From Acidobacteriota bacterium (lineage in GTDB: Bacteria > Acidobacteriota > UBA6911 > RPQK01 > JAJDTT01): a stretch of DNA of 64,000 bases. A program made the position numbers and the translations under genes. Below, piece after piece: positions 19,127 to 27,913 of the stretch (position 1 is the stretch's first letter; each line of letters begins with the position of its first letter). Location: contig OZ242374.1 in NCBI GenBank assembly GCA_965209055.1, positions 1,056,001 through 1,120,000 of the forward strand, given 5' to 3'. The notes under the pieces are model-generated. The model did not search any database, had not been told where the DNA came from, and saw nothing but the letters and a program-made list of their open reading frames with translations.

Positions 19127-19744
19127 CTACCGCTCTCGGTAGGACTCGGCGTAGATGCGTCTCAAAGGGGCGAGACAGTAAGTTTCCAGCAGGTCCTTCA
19201 GGAGTTCTTCACGGCCCATGAGCCGATCCTCATGGCGTGAATTGAGGACGAATGTCAGGCGAATGATGTCGGCCTTGTCCTTGCGGATGTCCAGCGATAC
19301 CGAGTGGGACATTCTGGGATCGAAGTGGAGCAGATCGCTGAAGCTGAAGTGATCGAACTCCGGGTCGGTCCACGGCTTCTCATGGCGGCATTCCCAGTAG
19401 TAGTCCCGGAGCCGTCCGGTAAATTGATCATAGTCGAACCCGGCGGACTTGTTGTTGACGCTGGCCTCCACGCAGAGCCGCGTATCCTTCCTCAGCGCAC
19501 CCAGGCCGTAGGTGACTTCCAGTTCCCGCCTGCGGGAGAACTTGATGCGATGGTTGCCGCGGCGGTGGAATCGCTTGACTTCGGGCTCGACTCCCACTTC
19601 CCGGCTGTCCTCCTGGGTGACGTAGCTTCCCTTGGCCCGCTCGTACCATTCGTCCACGATCCCGCGCGCGATCCGGTCGAGCAGACGAAGCTGAAGATCC
19701 CTGGAACTCATGGCAGGCGGTATTCTCACAAAATTGTCGGCCAA
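19127..19744 (-). CDS. Hypothetical protein (~195-205 aa; start may be ATG 19711)
   Basis: Long ORF with protein-like composition; no motif recognised. Confidence 0.7.
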   Translation of the reverse strand: MADNFVRIPPAMSSRDLQLRLLDRIARGIVDEWYERAKGSYVTQEDSREVGVEPEVKRFHRRGNHRIKFSRRRELEVTYGLGALRKDTRLCVEASVNNKSAGFDYDQFTGRLRDYYWECRHEKPWTDPEFDHFSFSDLLHFDPRMSHSVSLDIRKDKADIIRLTFVLNSRHEDRLMGREELLKDLLETYCLAPLRRIYAESYRER

Positions 19745-19761
19745 TTGTAAATTGTTGTAAA

Positions 19762-20655
19762 TTGGAGCGGATGCGTCCTATCCGTGCCCTTCTCTGGATC
19801 GGCCTCTGGATGCTGTGCGCCTTTCAGCAGACCCCGATTCGAGTCGAGGTCGAAGCCGTCAACGTCCTGGTCACCGTGACCGACCGGAAGAACCGGTTCG
19901 TCACCAATCTCCAGAAGGACCGGTTCCACATTTATGAAGACGGCCGGCGCCAGTTCATCACCAATTTCAGGCATGAGACCTCCCTGCCGTTGAGAATCGG
20001 ACTGCTCGTCGACACCAGTTCCAGCGTCCGCTTGAAGTTGGAGTTCGAGAAGCGGGCCGCGACCCGGTTCGTCCATTCCATCCTGCGGCCTCAGGACCAG
20101 GTTCTCCTGGTGGAGTTCGACTCGGGTGTCTCTCTGCTGCACGACTTCACCTCGAACCCCAGGTCCATCGCCAAGGCCATCCGGGGCCTGAAGGCGGGAG
20201 GAGGAACGGCCCTGATGGACGCCTTGTTGAGCGTCTCCGCCGAGAAGATGACGGACTACGAAACGCGGCAGGCCATCGTGATCCTCTCCGACGGCGTCGA
20301 TCGCGACAGTGAGAATACGCTGGAGGACGTCATGCGGGGTATCCATCGCTCCGGTGTCACCGTCTACAGCATCGGCACCAGCCGTTTCGGGGCGGATCAG
20401 CAGAAAAAGGGGGAAAAGGTCCTCCGGTTGCTTTCCCGCGAAACGGGCGGACGAGCCTTCTTTCCCTACACCGCCGACGGACTGCAGCAGACCTTCGACC
20501 TCATCGACGAAGAGCTCAGATCCCAGTACAGCCTGACCTACGTCCCCAGAAACCGGGCTCGAGACGGCAAGTTCAGGGAGATCGAGGTCAAGCTGATGCG
20601 GAACAAGGGTCTGAACATCAGGCACCGCAACGGCTACTACGCCCCCGCCACGTAG
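19762..20655 (+). CDS. VWA domain protein, acidobacterial type
   Basis: IRVEVEAVNVLVTVTDRKNRFVTNL, MIDAS DTSSS, GGTALMDA, SDGVD, ETGGRAF, ELRSQYSLTY. Confidence 0.9.
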   Translation: MERMRPIRALLWIGLWMLCAFQQTPIRVEVEAVNVLVTVTDRKNRFVTNLQKDRFHIYEDGRRQFITNFRHETSLPLRIGLLVDTSSSVRLKLEFEKRAATRFVHSILRPQDQVLLVEFDSGVSLLHDFTSNPRSIAKAIRGLKAGGGTALMDALLSVSAEKMTDYETRQAIVILSDGVDRDSENTLEDVMRGIHRSGVTVYSIGTSRFGADQQKKGEKVLRLLSRETGGRAFFPYTADGLQQTFDLIDEELRSQYSLTYVPRNRARDGKFREIEVKLMRNKGLNIRHRNGYYAPAT

Positions 20656-20681
20656 GAGGAGCGGCGGTTTCCCAACCGCCG
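20656..20681 (+). repeat. REP-like palindrome after the stop codon
   Basis: TAG-GAGGAGCGGCGGTTTCCCAACCGCCG. Confidence 0.8.
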
Positions 20682-20720
20682 ATTCCTGAGTCGCCGGGAA
20701 ACGCGAGCAGTAGCGGGTGA

Positions 20721-20930
20721 TCAGGAAATCGCCGTTCCAAACCGCCGGAACTCCAGCCTGATCTGTTTCTTCAGGAGTTCGACGGCTTCGTCCCGGTCGG
20801 TGCCCAAGGCGGAGAATGGGCGTATCCGCACGTAGGGACCCAAATCCGCGACCCGGGCCGACGCCAGAACCAGCGGGCCCAGTTCCTGGGTCGAGACGGC
20901 GAAACGCATTCCCTTGTGCTCCCATTCCAT
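20721..20930 (-). CDS. Small hypothetical protein (69 aa)
   Basis: MEWEHKGMRFAV...; ATG just downstream of the thioesterase in the same operon. Confidence 0.6.
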   Translation of the reverse strand: MEWEHKGMRFAVSTQELGPLVLASARVADLGPYVRIRPFSALGTDRDEAVELLKKQIRLEFRRFGTAIS

Positions 20931-20940
20931 GGTGGACACG

Positions 20941-21417
20941 TCAGCCTCCGGGGCGGTTGCCGGCACACAGTCTCCGGACCCGGTCCGGAACCCGCATCTT
21001 GGACTCGGCAACGTAGTCCCACGACACGCAAACGGTTTTCCCCCGGGCGACCTTCCGCCCGGTTTCGCGTTCGGTCATTTCGTATTGGAAGTCGAAGCTG
21101 GTATTGCCGACTCGGGGAATCCAGACCTGGACCAGAAGAATCTCTCCCCAGTGAGCCGGCGAGAGAAACCGGCAGGAGGCTTCCACCGCGATCATCTGCA
21201 GGTCATGAATCTGCCGGGCGTCCAGAAAGTGGCGGAAAAAGGCCACGCGAGCCGCTTCCATGAAGGTGAAATAGCGAACGTTGTTGACGTGCCCCATGGC
21301 GTCCAGGTCGTGAAACTCCACTTCCATGGGGATCACCAGAGCCTTGCTGCCGCCGATGGAGGTTTCGGTCGGGTCGGACGCGGAGCCGGCTCTGACCGCG
21401 TGAGTCATCACTGTCAT
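20941..21417 (-). CDS. Acyl-CoA thioesterase (4HBT/YbgC family)
   Basis: FHDLDAMGHVNNVRYFTFMEAAR, VGNTSFDFQY. Confidence 0.92.
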   Translation of the reverse strand: MTVMTHAVRAGSASDPTETSIGGSKALVIPMEVEFHDLDAMGHVNNVRYFTFMEAARVAFFRHFLDARQIHDLQMIAVEASCRFLSPAHWGEILLVQVWIPRVGNTSFDFQYEMTERETGRKVARGKTVCVSWDYVAESKMRVPDRVRRLCAGNRPGG

Positions 21418-21434
21418 TTTAGCGGGAATTCCGC

Positions 21435-21992
21435 TCAGGAGGCGCCCACGCCGGCGGCCGCGGGCTCCGGGTCCGCCGCCACTTCCAGCACCAGGGCCAG
21501 GCGGTTGATCATGTTGAAGAACCCGATCAGGGTGATCATCTCTACCACCTGGTCCGAGGTGTAGTGGTTGTCCAACTGCATCCAGAACTCCTCCTGGACG
21601 TCGTCCGGACTCAGGCTGGTCAGTTCAGCCAGACGGATGGCTTCTTTTTCGTAGTAAACGAACAGTTCGCTTTCGGCCGCCTGGTCGATGGCGTCCACCT
21701 GCTCGCCGGTCCAACCCGCCTCCCGCGCCCGTTTCAGGGCGGGACCCGCCGTATAGGCGCATCTGTTCACCTGGCAGGTCCTGAGGATGACCAGCGAACG
21801 GATCTTCTCACTCAGGCCGGTCTCACCCATGACGGTGCCGTACAGGGCCGCCACCGACTCCACGAAGTTGTCGCTGTGGGCCCAAGTCTTGATGAAGTTG
21901 GGCACGAAACCCTGTTCATTCTCCAGCGCCGAGTAGAGATTCCGAACCTTGTCATTTGCCGCATCCGGCTGCACCGGCAAATACCTGGGCAT
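21435..21992 (-). CDS. Carboxymuconolactone decarboxylase/AhpD-family protein
   Basis: GFVPNF..WAH, LVILRTCQVNRCAY, QVVEMITLIGFFNMINRL. Confidence 0.85.
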   Translation of the reverse strand: MPRYLPVQPDAANDKVRNLYSALENEQGFVPNFIKTWAHSDNFVESVAALYGTVMGETGLSEKIRSLVILRTCQVNRCAYTAGPALKRAREAGWTGEQVDAIDQAAESELFVYYEKEAIRLAELTSLSPDDVQEEFWMQLDNHYTSDQVVEMITLIGFFNMINRLALVLEVAADPEPAAAGVGAS

Positions 21993-22031
21993 TTTGCCTG
22001 ACTCCTTTCTGACTGATTCTTACGGTCCGAC

Positions 22032-22940
22032 TCAATTGTACGCCTGTCGGGCTTTTTCGGTGTTCGTCCGGAGTTGGGCGAACTGGCGGTCGGCCAGATA
22101 GCTGGACCGGACCAGGGGGCCGCTCTCCACGTGGTCGAACCCCAGGCGCATTCCCGTCTCCCCCCAATGGCGGAACTCATCCGGGTGGTAGTATCGATCC
22201 ACCGGAAGGTGCCAGTTCGTGGGTCTCAGATACTGCCCCAGCGTCAGGATGCTGACCCGCCGCTCCACCAGGTCCTCCATGACCTGCAAAACCTCGGCCT
22301 CCCGCTCTCCCAAGCCCAGCATCATGCCCGTCTTGGTCACCGTGTCCGGCGAGATCCGCCGGGAGTTGCTCAGGAGATCCAGGGATCGTTGGTAGTCGCC
22401 GCCGCCCCGGGCGACGGGAAACAGCCGGGGCACCGTCTCGATGTTGTGGTTCAGGATGTCGGGACCCGCGTCCAGCACCGTCCTCAGCGCCGCGTCGTCG
22501 CCCTGGAAATCGGGGATCAGAACCTCGACCACACACCGGCGGTGCAGCTCTCGAATGGCCTGGATCGTCTCGGCGAAGATGAAGGCGCCGCCGTCCGCCA
22601 GGTCGTCCCGGTCCACGGAGGTGACCACGACATGCTTCAGTCCCATCTGCCGCACTGCCTCGGCCACCCGCCGGGGCTCCTCCCGGTCCAACACCGGGGG
22701 ACGGCCCTTGCTGACGGCGCAGTAGCGGCAACCTCGAGTGCAGACCCGCCCCAGGATCATGAACGTGGCCACGCCATGGGCCCAGCATTCACCCAGATTG
22801 GGGCACATGGCCTCCTGGCAGACGGTGTTGAGACCCAGGCCTCCCAGAAGCCCTTTCAGTTCGTGGACGCCTTCGCCGAACGGAGCGCGGACCTTGATCC
22901 AGGGTGGATGGCGCCGCCGCTTTCCCTTTCCCGCCGCCAT
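22032..22940 (-). CDS. lipA: Lipoyl synthase
   Basis: TVCQEAMCPNLGECW, CTRGCRYC, VTSVDRDDL, NHNIETV, GQYLRP, GPLVRSSY. Confidence 0.98.
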   Translation of the reverse strand: MAAGKGKRRRHPPWIKVRAPFGEGVHELKGLLGGLGLNTVCQEAMCPNLGECWAHGVATFMILGRVCTRGCRYCAVSKGRPPVLDREEPRRVAEAVRQMGLKHVVVTSVDRDDLADGGAFIFAETIQAIRELHRRCVVEVLIPDFQGDDAALRTVLDAGPDILNHNIETVPRLFPVARGGGDYQRSLDLLSNSRRISPDTVTKTGMMLGLGEREAEVLQVMEDLVERRVSILTLGQYLRPTNWHLPVDRYYHPDEFRHWGETGMRLGFDHVESGPLVRSSYLADRQFAQLRTNTEKARQAYN

Positions 22941-22951
22941 GGCGCATTACC

Positions 22952-22973
22952 TTAACAGTCCGTGGTGAAAGTC
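22952..22973. mobile_element. Isolated terminal inverted repeat of the MITE family (TTAA-CAGTCCGTGGTGAAAGTC)
   Basis: Exact reverse complement of the 18-bp right TIR of 24535-24693. Confidence 0.65.
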
Positions 22974-23087
22974 GCCAAGACAATGCGCGTGTCGTGGGCG
23001 GAGGTTTTTCCCTTTTCTCTTTTCTCCCTTCTCAACGTATACTGTGGCGGTTTGGCGGACGGGACCGGAAACCGGATCGAGTGACTC

Positions 23088-23450
23088 ATGACTGGCACGG
23101 AGGGCTACCTCGGCTTTCTTCTGCTCCTCGTTTTTGCCGGCGCCACGGCCGGTGGGATGGTTCTCATCACCCAGTGGTTGGGACCGAAGGGCGGAGGCCC
23201 GGTCCACGAGATGCCGTTCGAGTGCGGCAATGAACCTGCCGAAATTCGCCGGGGCCGGATTTCCGTGAAATTCTTCCTGGCGGCGCTGCTTTTCGTCCTC
23301 TTCGACGTGGAGCTGATTTTTCTGTTCCCGTGGGCCGTCGTCTACCGGGAGCTCGGTTGGTTCGGGTTCTTCGAGATGCTGATTTTTCTGCTGGTCGTCC
23401 TGTCCGGGCTCTATTACTCGGTCAAGAGGGGAGCGCTGGATTGGAAGTAG
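23088..23450 (+). CDS. nuoA: NADH-quinone oxidoreductase subunit A
   Basis: PFECG, FFLAALLFVLFDVELIFLFPW, KRGALDW. Confidence 0.96.
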   Translation: MTGTEGYLGFLLLLVFAGATAGGMVLITQWLGPKGGGPVHEMPFECGNEPAEIRRGRISVKFFLAALLFVLFDVELIFLFPWAVVYRELGWFGFFEMLIFLLVVLSGLYYSVKRGALDWK

Positions 23451-23920
23451 ACTTCAAGGGCACCCCCGAGCTGGGTTTCTTCACCAGCCGCCTCGACGAC
23501 GTCGTGGGGTGGGCGAGGCAGTACTCGATTTTTCAATACCCCTTCGTGACCGCCTGTTGCGGCATGGAGTACATGGCCACCGCCTGCGCCCACTACGACG
23601 TGGACCGCTTCGGCGCCGGACTCCCCCGTTTTTCCCCGCGCCAGGCCGACGTCCTCTTCGTCGTCGGGACCATCAGCCAGAAGATCGCTCCGGTGCTGGT
23701 CAACGTCTACCAGCAGATGTGCGCCCCCAAGTGGGTCGTGGCCTTCGGGGTCTGCACCTGCACGGGTGGTTTCTACGACAACTACGCTACGGTTCGCGGA
23801 ATCGATCACGTGATTCCGGTGGACGTCTACATCCCCGGATGTCCTCCCCGGCCGGAGACCGTGCTGCAGGGGTTGATGATGCTGCAGGAGAAGATCCGGA
23901 AGCAGAGACAGGAGGTCTAA
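23441..23920 (+). CDS. nuoB: NADH-quinone oxidoreductase subunit B (TTG start)
   Basis: TACCGME, SPRQAD, PKWVVAFGVC, PVDVYIPGCPPRPE. Confidence 0.96.
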   Translation: MEVDFKGTPELGFFTSRLDDVVGWARQYSIFQYPFVTACCGMEYMATACAHYDVDRFGAGLPRFSPRQADVLFVVGTISQKIAPVLVNVYQQMCAPKWVVAFGVCTCTGGFYDNYATVRGIDHVIPVDVYIPGCPPRPETVLQGLMMLQEKIRKQRQEV

Positions 23921-24054
23921 GGGAGGGAAGAGAAAGCCGGGGCGCCCCGCAGGCGCGCCCCCGTTTCGCGGTTTTTCCGGGCTGATCATTTGCGGCGTAT
24001 CCGCGCGCCACGGGCGCCTCGATCCCATTTAGCCGAAGGACGTTCGTCATTCCG

Positions 24055-24534
24055 ATGCAGAGCACATCCCTGACCCGCCTCCAGGAAAACTTTCCGGACG
24101 AGATCGTGGGGACCCACTCCAGGCTGGGAGAGGATACGGCGATTCTGAAACCGGAGGCGCTGCTTCGGGCCGCGCGTTTCCTGAAGGAGGAACCCGGGCT
24201 CCGGTTCGACTTCCTGATGGACCTCACGGCCGTCGACTACTGGAAGCGGAAGCCCCGCTTCGAGTTGGTCTACCACCTTTATTCCCGGTCGACGAACGCC
24301 CGGCTGCGGTTGAAGGCGCCGCTGGGCGGCGCTTCGCCCGAGGCTCCCTCTTTGGCGGCCGTCTGGCCGGCCGCCGACTGGTACGAGAGGGAGGTGTTCG
24401 ACATGTTCGGGATCCGGTTCCGGGGACACCCGGACTTGCGCCGCATCCTGATGTACAAGGAATTCCGGGGGCATCCCCTGCGGAAAGACTATCCCATCGA
24501 CAAGCGGCAGCCCCTGGTGGGCCCCCAGGATTGA
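24055..24534 (+). CDS. nuoC: NADH-quinone oxidoreductase subunit C
   Basis: DLTAVDY, RFELVYHLYS, WYEREVFDMFGIRFRGHPDLRRIL, GHPLRKDYP. Confidence 0.96.
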   Translation: MQSTSLTRLQENFPDEIVGTHSRLGEDTAILKPEALLRAARFLKEEPGLRFDFLMDLTAVDYWKRKPRFELVYHLYSRSTNARLRLKAPLGGASPEAPSLAAVWPAADWYEREVFDMFGIRFRGHPDLRRILMYKEFRGHPLRKDYPIDKRQPLVGPQD

Positions 24535-24693
24535 CAGCCCGTGGTAAAAGTCGTCACGGCATTCGACCGTCCCTGCACAGGCGCTGACTGTGTTGCGCCT
24601 CGGTCACATCTGGTCGAATATGCTCCCTCGTCGCGCCCTGTCCGGCGGGCGCAGGAACGGTCTCGGTGCTCGCGGGACTTTCACCACGGACTG
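24535..24693. mobile_element. MITE copy 2 (159 bp) between nuoC and nuoD, with TTGA target duplication
   Basis: TTGA(24531-34)-CAGCCCGTGGTAAAAGTC...GACTTTCACCACGGACTG-TTGA(24694-97). Confidence 0.85.
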
Positions 24694-24707
24694 TTGAAAC
24701 CGGCGCC

Positions 24708-26033
24708 ATGACTGAGACCTCCCGGACCATGCTGCTGAACGCGGGACCGGCCCATCCGGCCATGCACGGCGTCATCCGCATCGAATTGGGCCTGGACGGA
24801 GAAGTGGTCCGCCAGGCCGACGTGGAGATCGGGTTCCTCCACCGGGGTTTCGAAAAGCATTGCGAGGCGTCCAGCTACACCCAGTGTTTTCCCTACACCG
24901 ACCGGCTCAACTACGTCTCCCCGCTCATCAACAACTTCGCGTTCGCCGCGGGCGTCGAGAAGCTGATGGGCCTGGAGGTCCCGGAGCGCTGCCAGTACAT
25001 CCGGGTGCTCATGAGCGAGATCTCCCGGATCTGCGACCACCTGACCTGTATCGGAGCCTCGGCCATGGAGTTGGGGGTGTTCTCCGTGTTCCTGTACATG
25101 ATCAAGGCCCGGGAGTGGCTGTGGGAACTGGTGGAGGAGGTCACGGGCGCCCGGCTCACCGTCTCCTACGGGCGGATCGGCGGCGTCAAGGCGGACCTCA
25201 CCGCCGATTTCGCCGAGCGCTGCCGGGAGGTGACGGCAAAGGTGTCCGAGGTTCTGGTCGAGGTGGATGAGCTCCTCACCCGCAATCGCATCTTCTACGA
25301 CCGGATGCGGGGAGTGGGCGTCATCTCCGCCGAGTCCGCCGCCGGATACGGCATCACGGGACCCTTTCTGAGGTCCACCGGCATCGACTACGACGTTCGC
25401 AAGGCTTCTCCCTACTTTGTCTACGACCGCATGGATTTCGATGTGCCGGTGGGCGGGCAAGGCGATAACATGGACCGCTACCTGGTTCGGATGGAGGAGA
25501 TGCGGCAGTCGTTGCGGATCGTCGAGCAATGCCTGGAACAGATGCCCGAGGGGCCGACCAACGTGGATCCGGACGGAAAACTGATCTCCCCCGACCTGAT
25601 GGCGGATCTGGGGAAGTTCGGCAAGACCCAGGGCCTGTTGAGCAACGAGGTTCTGATCGAGCCGACCCTCCAGGGATCGGAGAAGCGCTTCCACGACCGG
25701 GTCTACTCCGCCGACAAGGCGAGCCGGCTCCCGGCCAAGGAGCAGGTCTACTCCAACATCGAGGCCCTGATGAATCACTTCAAGATCGTGATGATGGGCC
25801 ACGGGATCCGCCCTCCCCGCGGAGAAGTCTATTTCCCGGTGGAGGGCGCCAACGGCGAGTTGGGATTCTATATCGTCAGCGACGGGAGCGACCGGCCCTG
25901 GCGTGTCCGGTGCCACCCGCCCTGCTTCCCCATCATGGCCGCCCTCTCCAGCATCCTGGAAGGGGACCAGATAGCGGACATCATTCCCACCTTCGGATCG
26001 GTCAACATGATCGCGGGAGAACTGGACCGTTGA
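24708..26033 (+). CDS. nuoD: NADH-quinone oxidoreductase subunit D
   Basis: GPAHPAMHGV, IGFLHRGFEK, DRLNY, RIGGV, EGANGELG, C-terminal GELDR. Confidence 0.96.
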   Translation: MTETSRTMLLNAGPAHPAMHGVIRIELGLDGEVVRQADVEIGFLHRGFEKHCEASSYTQCFPYTDRLNYVSPLINNFAFAAGVEKLMGLEVPERCQYIRVLMSEISRICDHLTCIGASAMELGVFSVFLYMIKAREWLWELVEEVTGARLTVSYGRIGGVKADLTADFAERCREVTAKVSEVLVEVDELLTRNRIFYDRMRGVGVISAESAAGYGITGPFLRSTGIDYDVRKASPYFVYDRMDFDVPVGGQGDNMDRYLVRMEEMRQSLRIVEQCLEQMPEGPTNVDPDGKLISPDLMADLGKFGKTQGLLSNEVLIEPTLQGSEKRFHDRVYSADKASRLPAKEQVYSNIEALMNHFKIVMMGHGIRPPRGEVYFPVEGANGELGFYIVSDGSDRPWRVRCHPPCFPIMAALSSILEGDQIADIIPTFGSVNMIAGELDR

Positions 26034-26587
26034 GCTTCGAGTTCACCCGCGAGCGGCGGGAGCGCCTGGATTCCCTCCTCGAGATCTACCCGACCCGGCG
26101 AGCCGCCCTGCTCCCCGCTCTCCACCTGGTGCAGGAACAGTTGGGATACATCTCCCCCGAGGGGGAGGAGCACGTGGCCCGGATTCTGGATCTGCCGGTC
26201 ATCGACGTCCACGAGGTCCTGACCTTCTACACCCTTTACCGGACCCGTCCCATGGGACGCCGGCACATTCGCGTCTGCACCAGCATCTCCTGCTGGGTCC
26301 GGGGCTGCCGCGGCGTCCAGAGACACCTGGAGGAGAAACTGGGCGTCGCCAGCGGAGGAACCACCGCCGACGGCGAGTTCAGTTGGGAGGCGGTCCAGCA
26401 GTGCATGGGGGCCTGCGAACTGGCTCCCATGATGCAGGTGGGGGACGACTACCATGGCCCTCTGGATGGGGCTGAAGTGGATCGGATCCTCGATGGAGAG
26501 CGAGAGCAAGGTCGGAACGGGCGATTGGAAATCGCCCCCCCGGTGGACCGGATCCGGGACGGCGAGACCTCGCGGGGAGAGGCGTGA
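26030..26587 (+). CDS. nuoE: NADH-quinone oxidoreductase subunit E (TTG start)
   Basis: RAALLPALHLVQ, TFYTLY, VCTSISC, CMGACELAP. Confidence 0.94.
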   Translation: MSFEFTRERRERLDSLLEIYPTRRAALLPALHLVQEQLGYISPEGEEHVARILDLPVIDVHEVLTFYTLYRTRPMGRRHIRVCTSISCWVRGCRGVQRHLEEKLGVASGGTTADGEFSWEAVQQCMGACELAPMMQVGDDYHGPLDGAEVDRILDGEREQGRNGRLEIAPPVDRIRDGETSRGEA

Positions 26588-27909
26588 TGGGCCGGCTCCG
26601 ACTCATCTCGCGCGACTTCGGCAATCCCCAGGCTCGAAAGCTCGAGTACTACCGCGCGCACGGCGGCTACGAGGCGGCGCTCAAGGCCCTGGACCAGATG
26701 GCCCCGAAACGGATCACCGAGGAGGTGATCAAGTCGAATCTCCGCGGCCTGGGAGGCGCCGGCTTCCCGGTGGGGCGGAAGTGGAGTTTCGTTCCTTCCG
26801 GCACGGGCAAACCCATCTACCTGGTGGTCAACGCCGACGAGGGGGAGCCGGGGACCTTCAAGGACCGCTACATCATGGAGTGGGACCCCCACCGGCTCCT
26901 GGAAGGGATGATCATCTGCGCCCGCGCGGTGGGAATCCATACCGCCTATATCTACATCCGCGGCGAGTACGTCCATCCCGAACGGATCCTCCGGGAGGCC
27001 ATCGAAGAGGCCTATCGGGCCGGTATTCTCGGGAATCGGGTTCTGGGCCGTGATTTCTCGCTCGACGTCCACATGCACGTGGGAGCGGGGGCCTACATCT
27101 GCGGCGAGGAGACCGGCCTCCTGGAGTCGCTGGAGGGCAAGAAGGGATGGCCCCGGCTCAAACCGCCCTTCCCGGCGGTGGTGGGCGCCTTCGGGTGCCC
27201 CACGGTCATCAACAACGTGGAGTCCCTGACCTATCTTCCCCACATCGTGACTCACGGCGGGGAGTGGTTTGCGAACCTGGGCTCGGAGCGCAACGGAGGC
27301 CTGCGCCTGTTTTCCCTCTCTGGCGACGTCAAGCGGCCCGGGGTCTACGAGCTCCCCATGGGGACCCCCCTGAGAGAGCTGATCTACGACTGCGGCGGGG
27401 GGATGGCCGACGGCAAGAAATTGAAGGCGGTGATCCCCGGAGGAAGCTCGGCCGCCGTCCTCACCGCCGACGAGATCGACGTTCCTCTGGATTTCGACCA
27501 CCTGGCCGGGATCGGTTCCATGCTGGGTTCCGCCGGGATCGTGGTCATGGCCGAGGATGTCTGCATGGTGAAGGCCATACGCGTGATCAGCCATTTCTAC
27601 GCTCACGAGTCGTGCGGCCAGTGCACTCCCTGCCGGGAGGGCACCGGTTGGGTGGCCCGGACGTTGGACGCCATCCTCTCGGGCCGGGCGCGGCGGCGTT
27701 CGGTGGAAGATCTGCTGCAGATCGCGGACGACATGTCGGGAACCTCCATCTGCGCCCTCTGTGACGGCGCCGCCATGCCCTTGAGAAGTTTCCTGGTCAA
27801 GTTCAGAGACGAGTTCGACCAATACCTGAAGCACGGAAGCGGCAAACAGGAGCGGCCGGTCCCGGCCGGAGCCAAAAACGTGACGGCGCTCCGGCAGAGC
27901 GCCGGCTGA
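26587..27909 (+). CDS. nuoF: NADH-quinone oxidoreductase subunit F
   Basis: LRGLGGAGFP, NADEGEPGTFKDR, GAGAYICGEET, ESCGQCTPCREG. Confidence 0.97.
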   Translation: MGRLRLISRDFGNPQARKLEYYRAHGGYEAALKALDQMAPKRITEEVIKSNLRGLGGAGFPVGRKWSFVPSGTGKPIYLVVNADEGEPGTFKDRYIMEWDPHRLLEGMIICARAVGIHTAYIYIRGEYVHPERILREAIEEAYRAGILGNRVLGRDFSLDVHMHVGAGAYICGEETGLLESLEGKKGWPRLKPPFPAVVGAFGCPTVINNVESLTYLPHIVTHGGEWFANLGSERNGGLRLFSLSGDVKRPGVYELPMGTPLRELIYDCGGGMADGKKLKAVIPGGSSAAVLTADEIDVPLDFDHLAGIGSMLGSAGIVVMAEDVCMVKAIRVISHFYAHESCGQCTPCREGTGWVARTLDAILSGRARRRSVEDLLQIADDMSGTSICALCDGAAMPLRSFLVKFRDEFDQYLKHGSGKQERPVPAGAKNVTALRQSAG

Positions 27910-27913
27910 TCGG

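Noticed and set aside
24666-24707. Upstream extension of NuoD in the ORF track
   Set aside because: It falls largely inside the MITE; ATG 24708 gives a normal NuoD N-terminus
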